From Candidatus Obscuribacterales bacterium (GTDB taxonomy: Bacteria; Cyanobacteriota; Vampirovibrionia; Obscuribacterales; Obscuribacteraceae), in the NCBI GenBank assembly GCA_965228855.1, contig CBDDIJ010000003.1, positions 2,304,001 to 2,368,000 on the forward strand: a stretch of DNA of 64,000 nucleotides. The letters are read 5' to 3'. The stretch's first letter is position 1. Each line of letters opens with the position of its first letter. This document shows, in pieces, positions 37,746 through 47,280 of the stretch. The notes under the pieces are model-generated. The model made no database searches. It was not told where the DNA came from and saw nothing but the letters and a program-made list of their open reading frames with translations. Made by a program: the position numbers and the translations under genes.

Positions 37746-38072
37746 TTACTCTTGGATTTTATCGATTTTAGCGGCAAGAATAAAGTCGCTCTCGGTCAAG
37801 CCGCCCACGGCATGCGTCCAGAGTTCGATTCCCAATTCGCCCCAGCGCACCAGCAAATCCGGATGATGATTCTCGCACTCAGCCAACTCGCCTATCTCAT
37901 TTGCTAACTTCAAAGAACCTTTGAAGTCATTGAATTTATACGATTTCAAAAGTCGTTCGTCATTTTTAATTTCCCAGCCCTTCAACTCTTTGAGCAGGGG
38001 CTCGAATTCTTCTCTGGTCAATGGAGGCACGCCTCCTCGACAAGGCACGCAACTTTTCTCAGCAAGACTCAT
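37746..38072 (-). CDS. phhB: Pterin-4-alpha-carbinolamine dehydratase
   Basis: CVPCRGG, ENHHPDL, WTHAVGGLTESDFILAAKID. Confidence 0.92.
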   Translation of the reverse strand: MSLAEKSCVPCRGGVPPLTREEFEPLLKELKGWEIKNDERLLKSYKFNDFKGSLKLANEIGELAECENHHPDLLVRWGELGIELWTHAVGGLTESDFILAAKIDKIQE

Positions 38073-38106
38073 GAACTATCTCCGGACAGTAGGGACGCAG
38101 ATCCTA

Positions 38107-39195
38107 CTACACTTGGTTGGTAGACGATATAGTTTCATCGCCAATTGACCAGGAGTCAACGAGATCATCCGGATCTTCCATCACTTCCATAGTGAAATCA
38201 TCAGTCGTTTCCGAATCGATGTCGGCGGGGAGCCTTCTCACAATTTCCTCGATGTTATAAACGAGATTGAAGCTCACCCGAGACATTTGATAGATGTGCA
38301 CAGCCTCGTAGAGTGCTACTAGCCACGGTATCAAGGTCCAGCACATCGCGAGATAAATTATGCCAGAGGCTTTTTCGCCCAGATAAAATTTGTGGATGCC
38401 GAAATTACCAAGCAGAACGGCAAGCCATATCGCAGTGCGCCGATCTCGTCCTCCTTCTACAGGCTTATGAGCAGCCTCGATTAGCTGGGCCTTCTTGATA
38501 CCCATTGGAGGTGCGAGTACTTCAGGCTCAATGGTCGGTGCGGAAGGAGAAGGTGACTCCGAGTCCGGAGTCACAGGTATGCCCTCAAACGCGCACATAC
38601 ATTTTGCCGTCTTTTGCTTTCCCGAGCGAAAACGATACACCTCCGACTCGGACAGAAGTCGGTGGCAAGTCGGACAATAGAGGACGGCGGACATCAACTC
38701 TGATGCACGAGGTTGGCGGAACTTCAAATTGCCGGACTGAGCGACTTTTTTGTTGAGATGATCGATTCGTTTTTGGAACAGTTGTTTTTGTTCTTCATTA
38801 GTTGACAAATGTTCGGCTCTGACCAGTTGCTCAACGGCTTCTTTACCTTTGTTCAATTTCAGAAACGCATCTGCAAGTTTTTGCCTGGCTTTGATCTCTT
38901 CTTCGCGATGTGCCTCAATTCCATTAACGCGCTTCAAAGCCTCCGCAAAACACGCGTGTGCTTCATCATACGAGCCGTTTTTAAAAGCTAGTCGCCCTCG
39001 TCGCATCCATTTTTGAAAAGCCGCAAGCAGGTCCGGTTGCAGTAATTCATCGCCTTTGATGACGGGAATTTCGGCTGATGAAATGGACTGACCGCATCCA
39101 TGACATTCGATCTGCCAGGACGTCAGCTCGGTCCCGCATGCAGGACAAGAAATGATGCCGGATTCGGATTCACTTACTTCCGGATTTTCAGCCAC
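38107..39195 (-). CDS. Zinc-ribbon/TPR protein with a C-terminal TM2/NINE domain
   Basis: CPACG..CHGCG, TPR helices, CPTC, AIWLAVLLGNFGIHKFYLG. Confidence 0.8.
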   Translation of the reverse strand: MAENPEVSESESGIISCPACGTELTSWQIECHGCGQSISSAEIPVIKGDELLQPDLLAAFQKWMRRGRLAFKNGSYDEAHACFAEALKRVNGIEAHREEEIKARQKLADAFLKLNKGKEAVEQLVRAEHLSTNEEQKQLFQKRIDHLNKKVAQSGNLKFRQPRASELMSAVLYCPTCHRLLSESEVYRFRSGKQKTAKCMCAFEGIPVTPDSESPSPSAPTIEPEVLAPPMGIKKAQLIEAAHKPVEGGRDRRTAIWLAVLLGNFGIHKFYLGEKASGIIYLAMCWTLIPWLVALYEAVHIYQMSRVSFNLVYNIEEIVRRLPADIDSETTDDFTMEVMEDPDDLVDSWSIGDETISSTNQV

Positions 39196-39275
39196 GTGCC
39201 TTCCTCAACCAAGCAACGTCCAGTGTAGTATGCCCTTGCACATCCTGTCGAAAAACTGATAAAAGTTGCCACTCG

Positions 39276-40880
39276 TTAATAGTTATCCGGATACTTTTCA
39301 AGAATGACTTTCTTCGTTAACTCCGGTCCTTGAAGCCGTCGAATAGAGAATTCCATAGCATCACCTGGTTTGAGCGTGCCTAGAATTGCTCTTACCTCGT
39401 CTGACGAGCGCACCGCTTTACCATTCACTCTGACGAGGATATCACCACGAGCGATACCAACTTTATCGGCAGGTCCATCGGGAACCAGACCTTTGACGAG
39501 CACCATAACCGGATGTCCAGCAAGTGTGTGTGCTTTCTTTCTGTCGGGGTCGACATCTTCCATGTAAATTCCAAGGAAGGGCCGCGCCACACCGCCTTGT
39601 TCAATAATTTTTTTGGCTACTGAAGCGACCGTATCAGCAGGCAAAGCGAAGTTAATGCCAACCAGGCCCATGTTGGAGGCGGCTGCCGCTATGCCGATGA
39701 CCTCACCATCGATGTTGGCGACAGGACCGCCAGAGTTGCCCGGTGAGACAGCTGCGTCTGTCTGCAGCATCGGTATGTGATGATTGAAATCGGAAACAAT
39801 ACGACCCAGAGAGCTCACGACACCAACCGTGACGGAGTGGTCGTAACCATGCGGACTTCCAATGACTACAGCCCAATCACCGACACGAACTTTTCTTGAA
39901 TCTGCCCACTTCGGCACTGGAAGATTGTTCGCGCCAATCTTAATGACGGCCAAGTCAGAATAGGCATCCCGACCGACGACCGAGCCTGGAAATTCGCGTC
40001 CATCGCTCAACGTAACCCGAATTTCTGTTCCCTGCGGCACTACGTGGTTGCTTGTGATTATATGTCCGGAGGTAGTAACAATGAGCCCGCTTCCCTGTGC
40101 TTGGCCAGAGTATCCTCTAGGTGGCCCAGGCACCGAAGCCGGTGGCGGCTGAAAAAACTGTTGGCTGGACTGCAGTGGTTGGATAACCGCAGGATGTCCA
40201 CGGCTAATTCTGGTATCGATATTCACTACACAGGGTCCCAGCGCGGCAGCGACATTGGCGACTGAGCTGTCGCCTCTCAATCGCGGTCCACTGCTCGCAG
40301 TTTTCTCCTTCTCATCAAACCTCATGCTCGTAAGAATTTTGTTTGGAAACAAGAAAGAACCGCACCAGAAGCCAATTGCAAAGACATTGATGCAAGCAAC
40401 GACGACTAAAACACGAAGTCGTTTACGAGCCTGGGGAGTCTCAACTCTCATAGGAGCACCGGACTTAGAAGAGCTCTCATCTTGATTATCCTCAGGCGTC
40501 GAGATCAAATTAGGCTTCAAAAATCTTCCGGACAATTTCAAAAATCGATCCAGAGTCATAGATTGTTCGGCCCGCCCCGCCTGCGCATCGACAGCTGCAG
40601 CCTCTACCGACTTCAAAACTTCATCTTTGTCGTTGGTACTCCCACTCGGAGGGAAGCTGGGACGATTTTTGATTCCCTTGATTTTCTTTTCGCCGCGGGT
40701 TTCAGCTTCTTTAGCAGCCTGCTCAAGCGTCTTAGCGGGATTGTATCGTTCCCATGCCGCCGGCGGTTCATCTTCCATCAACGCCTTACGATCTAGCTGG
40801 TGTCCAGCTAGATCGTCGTCAGAAAGGTCTTCATCTGGTGAGAAATAAATCGGAACGTCGTCGTCGATTTCTTTCGCCAT
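39276..40880 (-). CDS. HtrA/DegP-family membrane-anchored serine protease with PDZ domain
   Basis: GSGLI, TSNHVV, DLAVIKI, QTDAAVSPGNSGGP, RPFLGI, GPADKVGI..GDIL. Confidence 0.92.
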   Translation of the reverse strand: MAKEIDDDVPIYFSPDEDLSDDDLAGHQLDRKALMEDEPPAAWERYNPAKTLEQAAKEAETRGEKKIKGIKNRPSFPPSGSTNDKDEVLKSVEAAAVDAQAGRAEQSMTLDRFLKLSGRFLKPNLISTPEDNQDESSSKSGAPMRVETPQARKRLRVLVVVACINVFAIGFWCGSFLFPNKILTSMRFDEKEKTASSGPRLRGDSSVANVAAALGPCVVNIDTRISRGHPAVIQPLQSSQQFFQPPPASVPGPPRGYSGQAQGSGLIVTTSGHIITSNHVVPQGTEIRVTLSDGREFPGSVVGRDAYSDLAVIKIGANNLPVPKWADSRKVRVGDWAVVIGSPHGYDHSVTVGVVSSLGRIVSDFNHHIPMLQTDAAVSPGNSGGPVANIDGEVIGIAAAASNMGLVGINFALPADTVASVAKKIIEQGGVARPFLGIYMEDVDPDRKKAHTLAGHPVMVLVKGLVPDGPADKVGIARGDILVRVNGKAVRSSDEVRAILGTLKPGDAMEFSIRRLQGPELTKKVILEKYPDNY

Positions 40881-41013
40881 TTACCGAGCTACCCGTACTG
40901 AAACGCAGCAAACAAAGGGCCATTAACCGGTTGAGGACAGATTCAAGATCGCGCCCCTCCTGATCAAAATGATCATACCAATCGCGGGCATTGTTAAAAC
41001 GCTAATTCGGGCG

Positions 41014-42237
41014 CTAGCCAGCAATCGACAAGACTCTGTCGACTCGTTGAGGACTGAGCAGCAGGATTTCGAGCATCGCGATACTCTCCTGCCCGAAAGA
41101 TGAAACAGTCAGACGGCGCTCCAGTGTCCGAGTATCTTCCGCCAGAATCGACAGGCAATCAGCATCGGTGGGCTGAGAAATCTTTCTGTACAGCAATTCC
41201 AATTTAAGCCTGATTCGCAGTAAAGACACTAAAACTGCCAGATGATGCATACCAGCGATCACACTGAGGTAGTTAAAACCCGGACCGAAATACAACTTGG
41301 AGAAGATTCGCAGATAGGCGAATCGCCTGAGTAAATCAGCCGACTCGCGAGGCAAGCGACCAAGGCGAATACTCAGCAAATCTTGCAAACCGTACTCATT
41401 CTCACGATGCTTGAAGCTGACTTTCTTCGGCTCAGAAAGGAACTCTCGCGCCACAGACTGCGCGTCTAACTCACAAACTCCGGAGTTGTAAACATTGTCA
41501 GGGAAATACAAAATCAGCAGATTTCGAATCAAAACCTGATCGATGATTTTAGGATTGACTGTGAGAGCGGCTATGTTATCGAGTTTCGCACCAACGGCGC
41601 GTTTTCTAAAACGCTCAGTTTCTTCCAACAAACTCTTTTCGACCCGCGCCTCAGGCTCCAGTTTTGCTAGCTTCTCTAGAATGATTTCTTCATCTCCAAT
41701 GTAATCTTTCCAAGCGAGCGGCTGTCCATCGATAAGTTGAGCTTCGGACCAATCCAGTGAGAGACCAGGGAAAAGTTTTTTGAACAGTGCTAATCGACTT
41801 TCCAAAAGCGAAACCTGGTCGACAAGCGGCGTCCCGGTGTTGAACAAAACACCGGATGCGGCAAAACTGACAGACGCGAAAGTGCCACTTGGAGTGTCCG
41901 TAAACGTGTAAGGGAAAAGGCGGCACATTGCCGGCTTCGCCTCAGCGCCCAAATCGTTGTGAATCGAGCATCGTTTATCTGCTGTGAGAAACGCGCAAAG
42001 CCCATCATCTCGCTTCTCCAATGAGTGTGAAAAGACTCGGAGCTTTTCATCGGCAACGTTTAAAACGCGGAAAAGCTGCTTGTTGTCGAAACCTCGCTCT
42101 TCGGCGTATCTGCTGATTCGTTCAAAATCATCCCGTGTGGCTGGAACTGGCCACTCAAAGCAACAATTTCCGCAACCCGTGCAGTCGAAATTGATTCCCT
42201 CGGGTATATGAAGCTGAGACTCTTTTATTTCTGTCAT
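41014..42237 (-). CDS. YkgJ/CxxCxxCC-family cysteine-cluster protein (FliB-like)
   Basis: CTGCGNCC, CAFL...CSIH, KPAMCRLFP. Confidence 0.8.
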   Translation of the reverse strand: MTEIKESQLHIPEGINFDCTGCGNCCFEWPVPATRDDFERISRYAEERGFDNKQLFRVLNVADEKLRVFSHSLEKRDDGLCAFLTADKRCSIHNDLGAEAKPAMCRLFPYTFTDTPSGTFASVSFAASGVLFNTGTPLVDQVSLLESRLALFKKLFPGLSLDWSEAQLIDGQPLAWKDYIGDEEIILEKLAKLEPEARVEKSLLEETERFRKRAVGAKLDNIAALTVNPKIIDQVLIRNLLILYFPDNVYNSGVCELDAQSVAREFLSEPKKVSFKHRENEYGLQDLLSIRLGRLPRESADLLRRFAYLRIFSKLYFGPGFNYLSVIAGMHHLAVLVSLLRIRLKLELLYRKISQPTDADCLSILAEDTRTLERRLTVSSFGQESIAMLEILLLSPQRVDRVLSIAG

Positions 42238-42330
42238 CGAGACAATGTTAGCAACTTCCTCAGCCTATGCCCATGATTAGACTTATCGAAATTAGAAACC
42301 GATTACAGTAGGTTCCCTAATTTCGCAAAT

Positions 42331-45075
42331 ATGTCAGATAAACTTTCGCTCTCACAACATAAATCATTCACGATCGGTGTCTCAACAGTCATCGCAGTCC
42401 TCTGCCTTATGGCGTATGCCGTCTCATGTACGTCGCGTCCACTGCTTGATGAAACTTACCTGCTCGAATTGATGGGAGCGCGAGCATCAAACTCGATCAT
42501 GACCTTCCTCACTACAATGATCGATTGGCCAGGCCCGCTTCCTGAAGACTCCTGGGGGTTTCTGGGGAGCAGTATCTTTAGCGTCTTATCTCATTTATCG
42601 GGACAATCGATCGCATTTCTTAGAGTAGTCTCGATTACTTTCCATGCACTCAACGCCTTCCTGTTATTCCTGGTTGGCCGAGATGCTTTCGCTCCAAGCA
42701 GTGACAGGCATACGGAAACTTCGTCCTACCTTGCGGCAGGGGCCGCATTCATATTTTCTGTTTACCCCCTGGCACCAGAGGCAGTATCATGGCTGGGAGG
42801 CATGGCCTACGAAATTGGCACGTCATTCTGGTTGCTGGCATTTCTCCTTTACATGAAAGGTAAGCGCGAAAGAGACTGGACGACTCTCGGCGTATCTTGG
42901 ATCAGCTTCTTGTTGGCCGTTCTGTCGGACAACTCCCTTTGGTCCTCCGGATTCATTATCGTAGCGCTTGAATTGGCCAAGTCGTTCATCGGACCGCATA
43001 AGTATGATGAGACCGTCGAAGTGGCGTCTGAAGATGAGGTCTTCGAGGATGCTGTAGACCGCATGATGGAAGATTCTCTGCGTGGTCATGGATATTACAC
43101 CGCCAATGATGGTAAGCCTGAGCCTATCAAGACTCCCGATCCATTGGTTACTTTCGAGCCCGCATCTGCGGAACAGCGCAGCATTGATACCACTGATAGT
43201 AGCAGCGGTCCGAACAATAAAGTTGAGACGGAACAAACAGAGCCAGGCAAATCGACAGAACCAGCCAGCGAAGACTCTCGCACAGAGAGCGCCGATGAAC
43301 TCTTTGATACACTCACGCCTACTCTGCCTTTCATAGTCCTGGGTGTTCTGATTTCCATCAGAGCCCTTCCTGAACGAGGAAATGAACAGCTCCCAGGAGA
43401 CATGATCGCTGGATTTAGTGATTGGGGTCGAGTCCTAAAAGCTCTTTTCATGCCGATCAACGAAACAACTGTCCAGCACGCACCCTATGCGTCCATGCTT
43501 CTTTTTACCACATACGCGGCACTACTTGTGGTATCAATCTTTGCACTCGCGAAGAACAAGCAGTTTCGCCAAAATGCGTCTTTTCTTTTCGCATGGCTGA
43601 TTATGATAGTCGTGCCTCATCTGCATACGGCACTAACCGACAGCCAATTTACCGGAGCAAGACTCGCTTATAGTGCGATGGTGCCAGCCACGGCGTTAAT
43701 CGCATTAGCATCCTTCGCACCGATCTACTGGCTGATTACGTCTGAGCTGAAAAATGACGGAGCTCCGGAAACGCCGCATCCACACGAATCATTTCATCGC
43801 AGTCCAGCGGTATTTATCTCTATTTGCCTGGTCCTAGTCTTCGTCGGCGCCGGTCTATCGGCCACCGTAAGTCAAAATCTGGCTTTTAAAAAAGCTGCTG
43901 AGAAACTAGAAACCATCTTTCAAACAGCTCGTGAGATTGCCAGAGGTCCGAATTCTTCGTTGACCATAATTAGAGACATGCCTTCAGATGTCGCGCGCGG
44001 AGAGCAAATATCGCCCACTCAGACGGTGATGCTATACACCCAGAAGGCTCTCATGAGAGCTCCTCAGATTCCCGGAGGACGATTGAAAGACGCGTTTCGA
44101 GATGGAAAATATCGCGATATAGCTTTGCGCTGGAATGCCGATGAAAACAAGCTCTTACCTATCGACTTGGAACAGCCGCTGACAAGCGAAATTAAATTCA
44201 CGGTGCCGGAAATCAAACGTCGAACTAAGCCGGGGGATTCGGCTTACAAAACAACCGATGTAGTTCAGGAGATGGAAACGCTTGCACTCTCTGGGTCTTC
44301 AAACAAACAGCCTTGTTTAGTCCTTGACGCCTCTGGTTTGAGCCCCCTCGGTGATGACTTCATATACATCGACTGCCAGCTTGAAACAGAAGAGCAGGAA
44401 TCAGAACCGCAAATCAAACTTCTCTGGCTCACCAAGTTGAAAACCAGATACGATGACGATCGCCGTTCGTTCTCAAAAGCAATAGCCAACGATAAGAAAT
44501 TTCATCGATACTTCATGCCAATCAGATCGACAGCATGGTCTACCAACGGAACAATAGACGAACTCACACTGCTGTTCCCGCCATCATCGAAAGTCCGGAT
44601 AAAAGAAATCGGGACCGCATCTCCTGAAGACAGACTACCGACCTTCACCTTTGCAGGGAAATCCAGCGCCAGCGAAACCGCAGAAGAACCGCGCAAAGAA
44701 CCGATGTTTGCGGGACTTACTTATGATTACCCGATGCTTCCGAACCTCGGGCTTGTCAGTTTTGACAGAAAAGCAGAGGTGCTCAATCTTCGATATGACT
44801 CGTCGAATATACGAGAAAGTCATGATTGCGTAGCTGAAATTTCAAGAGTCAATCATTTTTTCGATCTCCCTAACGCCGATGACTTCGCAGCAAAATCTTT
44901 GAAGACAGTGCATTTAGACAAACCTGCCGGCGATATCAAACTTTCAGCCAAAGATTTCAAGGTGGACGGAATTTACTCAATCCGCATATTCGCGGTCGAC
45001 AAAGAGGGTAAACTACTGGCTAACTCGTCTGACGCGATTAATTGTTTGATCTACACCAGACCACGGCGCAGCTAA
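42331..45075 (+). CDS. Large polytopic membrane protein, TMTC/GT-C-like, with a soluble C-terminal region
   Basis: FHALNAFLLF and FSVYPLAPEAVSWLGG resemble the H..N / HP..E.V.W motifs of TMTC-like transferases; ARLAY; acidic internal insertion. Confidence 0.6.
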   Translation: MSDKLSLSQHKSFTIGVSTVIAVLCLMAYAVSCTSRPLLDETYLLELMGARASNSIMTFLTTMIDWPGPLPEDSWGFLGSSIFSVLSHLSGQSIAFLRVVSITFHALNAFLLFLVGRDAFAPSSDRHTETSSYLAAGAAFIFSVYPLAPEAVSWLGGMAYEIGTSFWLLAFLLYMKGKRERDWTTLGVSWISFLLAVLSDNSLWSSGFIIVALELAKSFIGPHKYDETVEVASEDEVFEDAVDRMMEDSLRGHGYYTANDGKPEPIKTPDPLVTFEPASAEQRSIDTTDSSSGPNNKVETEQTEPGKSTEPASEDSRTESADELFDTLTPTLPFIVLGVLISIRALPERGNEQLPGDMIAGFSDWGRVLKALFMPINETTVQHAPYASMLLFTTYAALLVVSIFALAKNKQFRQNASFLFAWLIMIVVPHLHTALTDSQFTGARLAYSAMVPATALIALASFAPIYWLITSELKNDGAPETPHPHESFHRSPAVFISICLVLVFVGAGLSATVSQNLAFKKAAEKLETIFQTAREIARGPNSSLTIIRDMPSDVARGEQISPTQTVMLYTQKALMRAPQIPGGRLKDAFRDGKYRDIALRWNADENKLLPIDLEQPLTSEIKFTVPEIKRRTKPGDSAYKTTDVVQEMETLALSGSSNKQPCLVLDASGLSPLGDDFIYIDCQLETEEQESEPQIKLLWLTKLKTRYDDDRRSFSKAIANDKKFHRYFMPIRSTAWSTNGTIDELTLLFPPSSKVRIKEIGTASPEDRLPTFTFAGKSSASETAEEPRKEPMFAGLTYDYPMLPNLGLVSFDRKAEVLNLRYDSSNIRESHDCVAEISRVNHFFDLPNADDFAAKSLKTVHLDKPAGDIKLSAKDFKVDGIYSIRIFAVDKEGKLLANSSDAINCLIYTRPRRS

Positions 45076-45095
45076 TTTCGCGAGGCAGCACTTGA

Positions 45096-45515
45096 ATGAA
45101 ACTACACATAGACATGGAGCAGCTCGTTTACAGCTTCGAGGACGAGAGTCAGGACAATCGCTATTATCTCGACAGAGACACTGGTGACATCAGACTAGTT
45201 CATCAAGGCTTGCATGAACTGCGCGACTTGACTGATGAAATCGAGATTGAGCGCGAACGGTTTTTATATATTCCAAAACCTGATCCGAAAAAGCAGAAGG
45301 ATGATCTGCGAGACTTCATTGATACCGTAGATGATGACAAAACCAAAATGCTTCTTGACGTCGCTATGGAAAGTCCGCATGTCTTGGCAGGTTTCAAAAA
45401 GATCCTGAGTGCCAGCCCGAATGGCGAGGCTACCCTTAAGGCATTTCTAGAAGGACGGACTCGCCTGCGCGTTCGCCAGTGGTTATCAGCCAATTTTATC
45501 GAAGTTGATTCATAG
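45096..45515 (+). CDS. UPF0158-family protein
   Basis: IDMEQL...YYLDRDTGDI, RFLYIP, FIDTV, FKKIL, QWL. Confidence 0.8.
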   Translation: MKLHIDMEQLVYSFEDESQDNRYYLDRDTGDIRLVHQGLHELRDLTDEIEIERERFLYIPKPDPKKQKDDLRDFIDTVDDDKTKMLLDVAMESPHVLAGFKKILSASPNGEATLKAFLEGRTRLRVRQWLSANFIEVDS

Positions 45516-45654
45516 AACCTCTGAATCGATCTTGGGCATACTGACAATCAAACTACGCTTCATTAAAAGTGAACTTAGCCGTTCCAGGTGGTAAAACATA
45601 CTTGGTTGATGCGCATCGCGTAAACTACACGGGGACGGCGAGCAAGAGTAAACG

Positions 45655-47256
45655 ATGGATTCTCCAGCCAAGCGGTGGGAAAAATATAGAGTCACTGCCG
45701 AACAAGCTCAGCAAGAGGGCATGTTCGAATTTGCAGAAACAGCCTGGACTGCCGCTTTAGAACAAGCAGAAGACTTCGGCGACACCGATCGCAGGCTCGC
45801 GTATACACTGGAGAAGATGGCTGAGTGCCTATGGCATCAAGGCAAACTCACTGACGCCGCAAACCACTGCAAGCGCGTCTTGAAAATGTACGAGAAAGTA
45901 TTGGGGGCAAAACACCCGGACGTTGCCTGTTTTATGGGCAACCTGGCGATGATTTACCACGCCAGAAACATGCACCAGGACGCTGAGGTCTACTACAAAA
46001 AAGCGCTCGAAGTGAAGAGTCAGGTGCTTGGTGCCGACCATCCGGACGTGAAGAAGTTGCAAGGCAACTATGCCGACTTGCTCTTCGTCACGAACAGAGA
46101 GTCAGAGGCTGCAGAGTTAAAGACCGGCGCCAGCCTGGTAACAGCATCAGATTGGAGAAAAACAACCGGCGCGCAATTTGCGCTCGAATCTCCCTCCAAG
46201 ACCACGCCTCCGCCCAACGGAGTTCCCGCTCCCGTGTCGCAAGCCAAAACCCTGCCTCAGGACAGCAGCACCTCACTTCAAGCAATGCCAAGCCAGGAAG
46301 CGCCTATCGCTGAGGCACCCGGCGCAACTTCCGCACGGACACTATCTTCTATACGCAGCAACAAAGCTACTGTACAAAAACCTAAACCGGTTCCGATCCA
46401 GGGCAAATCAAACCCACCACCAGCGCCGCCGCCGATTCCACCAGGAAAAACAGCTCTTCCAACTCCGGCTGCGCCGACTCCACAACCTCAAATGTCGAAA
46501 GAACAGGCATTCGAAAAGTGGAAGATGCATAAGGATCAAGCAGAAAAGGCCAGCGCCATGAACATGCTGCAGGAGTCCGAAAGTGCGTGGTTAAGCGCGC
46601 TTGAAGCAGCAGAGAAAATCGGAGAAGAGAATCCGCCGCTCTCATACACGCTTTACAGTCTCGGCGACCTGAAGGCCAGACAGGAAGCTTACGACATTGC
46701 GGTCACTTATCACCAACGCGCTTACGCAGTGAAGAAACGCGTATTAGGTCAGCACCACCTGGCTGTGGCAGCCAGCGCCAATAGCCTGGCGCGTTTGTTT
46801 TACTACCTTCGCGATTATTTTCAAGCAGAAAAACTCGCAGGCGAATGCGTGGAGATTTACGAAAAACTGCACGGCAAAGATCACGCAGAAGTTGCAGGCG
46901 CCATGCACAACCTCGCGACGCTGTATCACGTGCAGCGCAAATTTGCAGAAGCTGAGCCGGTTTATAAACAAGCTCTGGAGATCAAAACCAAAGTATTCGG
47001 CTCCGAGCACCCGGAGACGCTCCGCTTGCTGCGCAGCTACGCGGACTTACTGCGCGCAACCGGTAGAGAGTTCGAAGCGCAAAAACTCGACGCTGGTAGC
47101 ACCGGTATGATTACAGGATCCTGGAAAACGATTGATATCGCCGATGGTGCCCTTCTGAAAGCGCGAGAAGATCGCTGCGACATTTGCAACGCTCAACTTG
47201 GTGGCGCACCAAAGTGTCCGAAGTGCGGATTTGAAGCCGCTATCGGCGTAATCTAG
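45655..47256 (+). CDS. Tetratricopeptide-repeat protein (two kinesin-light-chain-type TPR blocks, Pro-rich linker, C-terminal zinc ribbon)
   Basis: LGAKHPDVA..NLA, HGKDHAEVAGAMHNLA, CDIC..CPKCG. Confidence 0.85.
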   Translation: MDSPAKRWEKYRVTAEQAQQEGMFEFAETAWTAALEQAEDFGDTDRRLAYTLEKMAECLWHQGKLTDAANHCKRVLKMYEKVLGAKHPDVACFMGNLAMIYHARNMHQDAEVYYKKALEVKSQVLGADHPDVKKLQGNYADLLFVTNRESEAAELKTGASLVTASDWRKTTGAQFALESPSKTTPPPNGVPAPVSQAKTLPQDSSTSLQAMPSQEAPIAEAPGATSARTLSSIRSNKATVQKPKPVPIQGKSNPPPAPPPIPPGKTALPTPAAPTPQPQMSKEQAFEKWKMHKDQAEKASAMNMLQESESAWLSALEAAEKIGEENPPLSYTLYSLGDLKARQEAYDIAVTYHQRAYAVKKRVLGQHHLAVAASANSLARLFYYLRDYFQAEKLAGECVEIYEKLHGKDHAEVAGAMHNLATLYHVQRKFAEAEPVYKQALEIKTKVFGSEHPETLRLLRSYADLLRATGREFEAQKLDAGSTGMITGSWKTIDIADGALLKAREDRCDICNAQLGGAPKCPKCGFEAAIGVI

Positions 47257-47280
47257 TTTTGAAACGCAACTGTTTGATCG

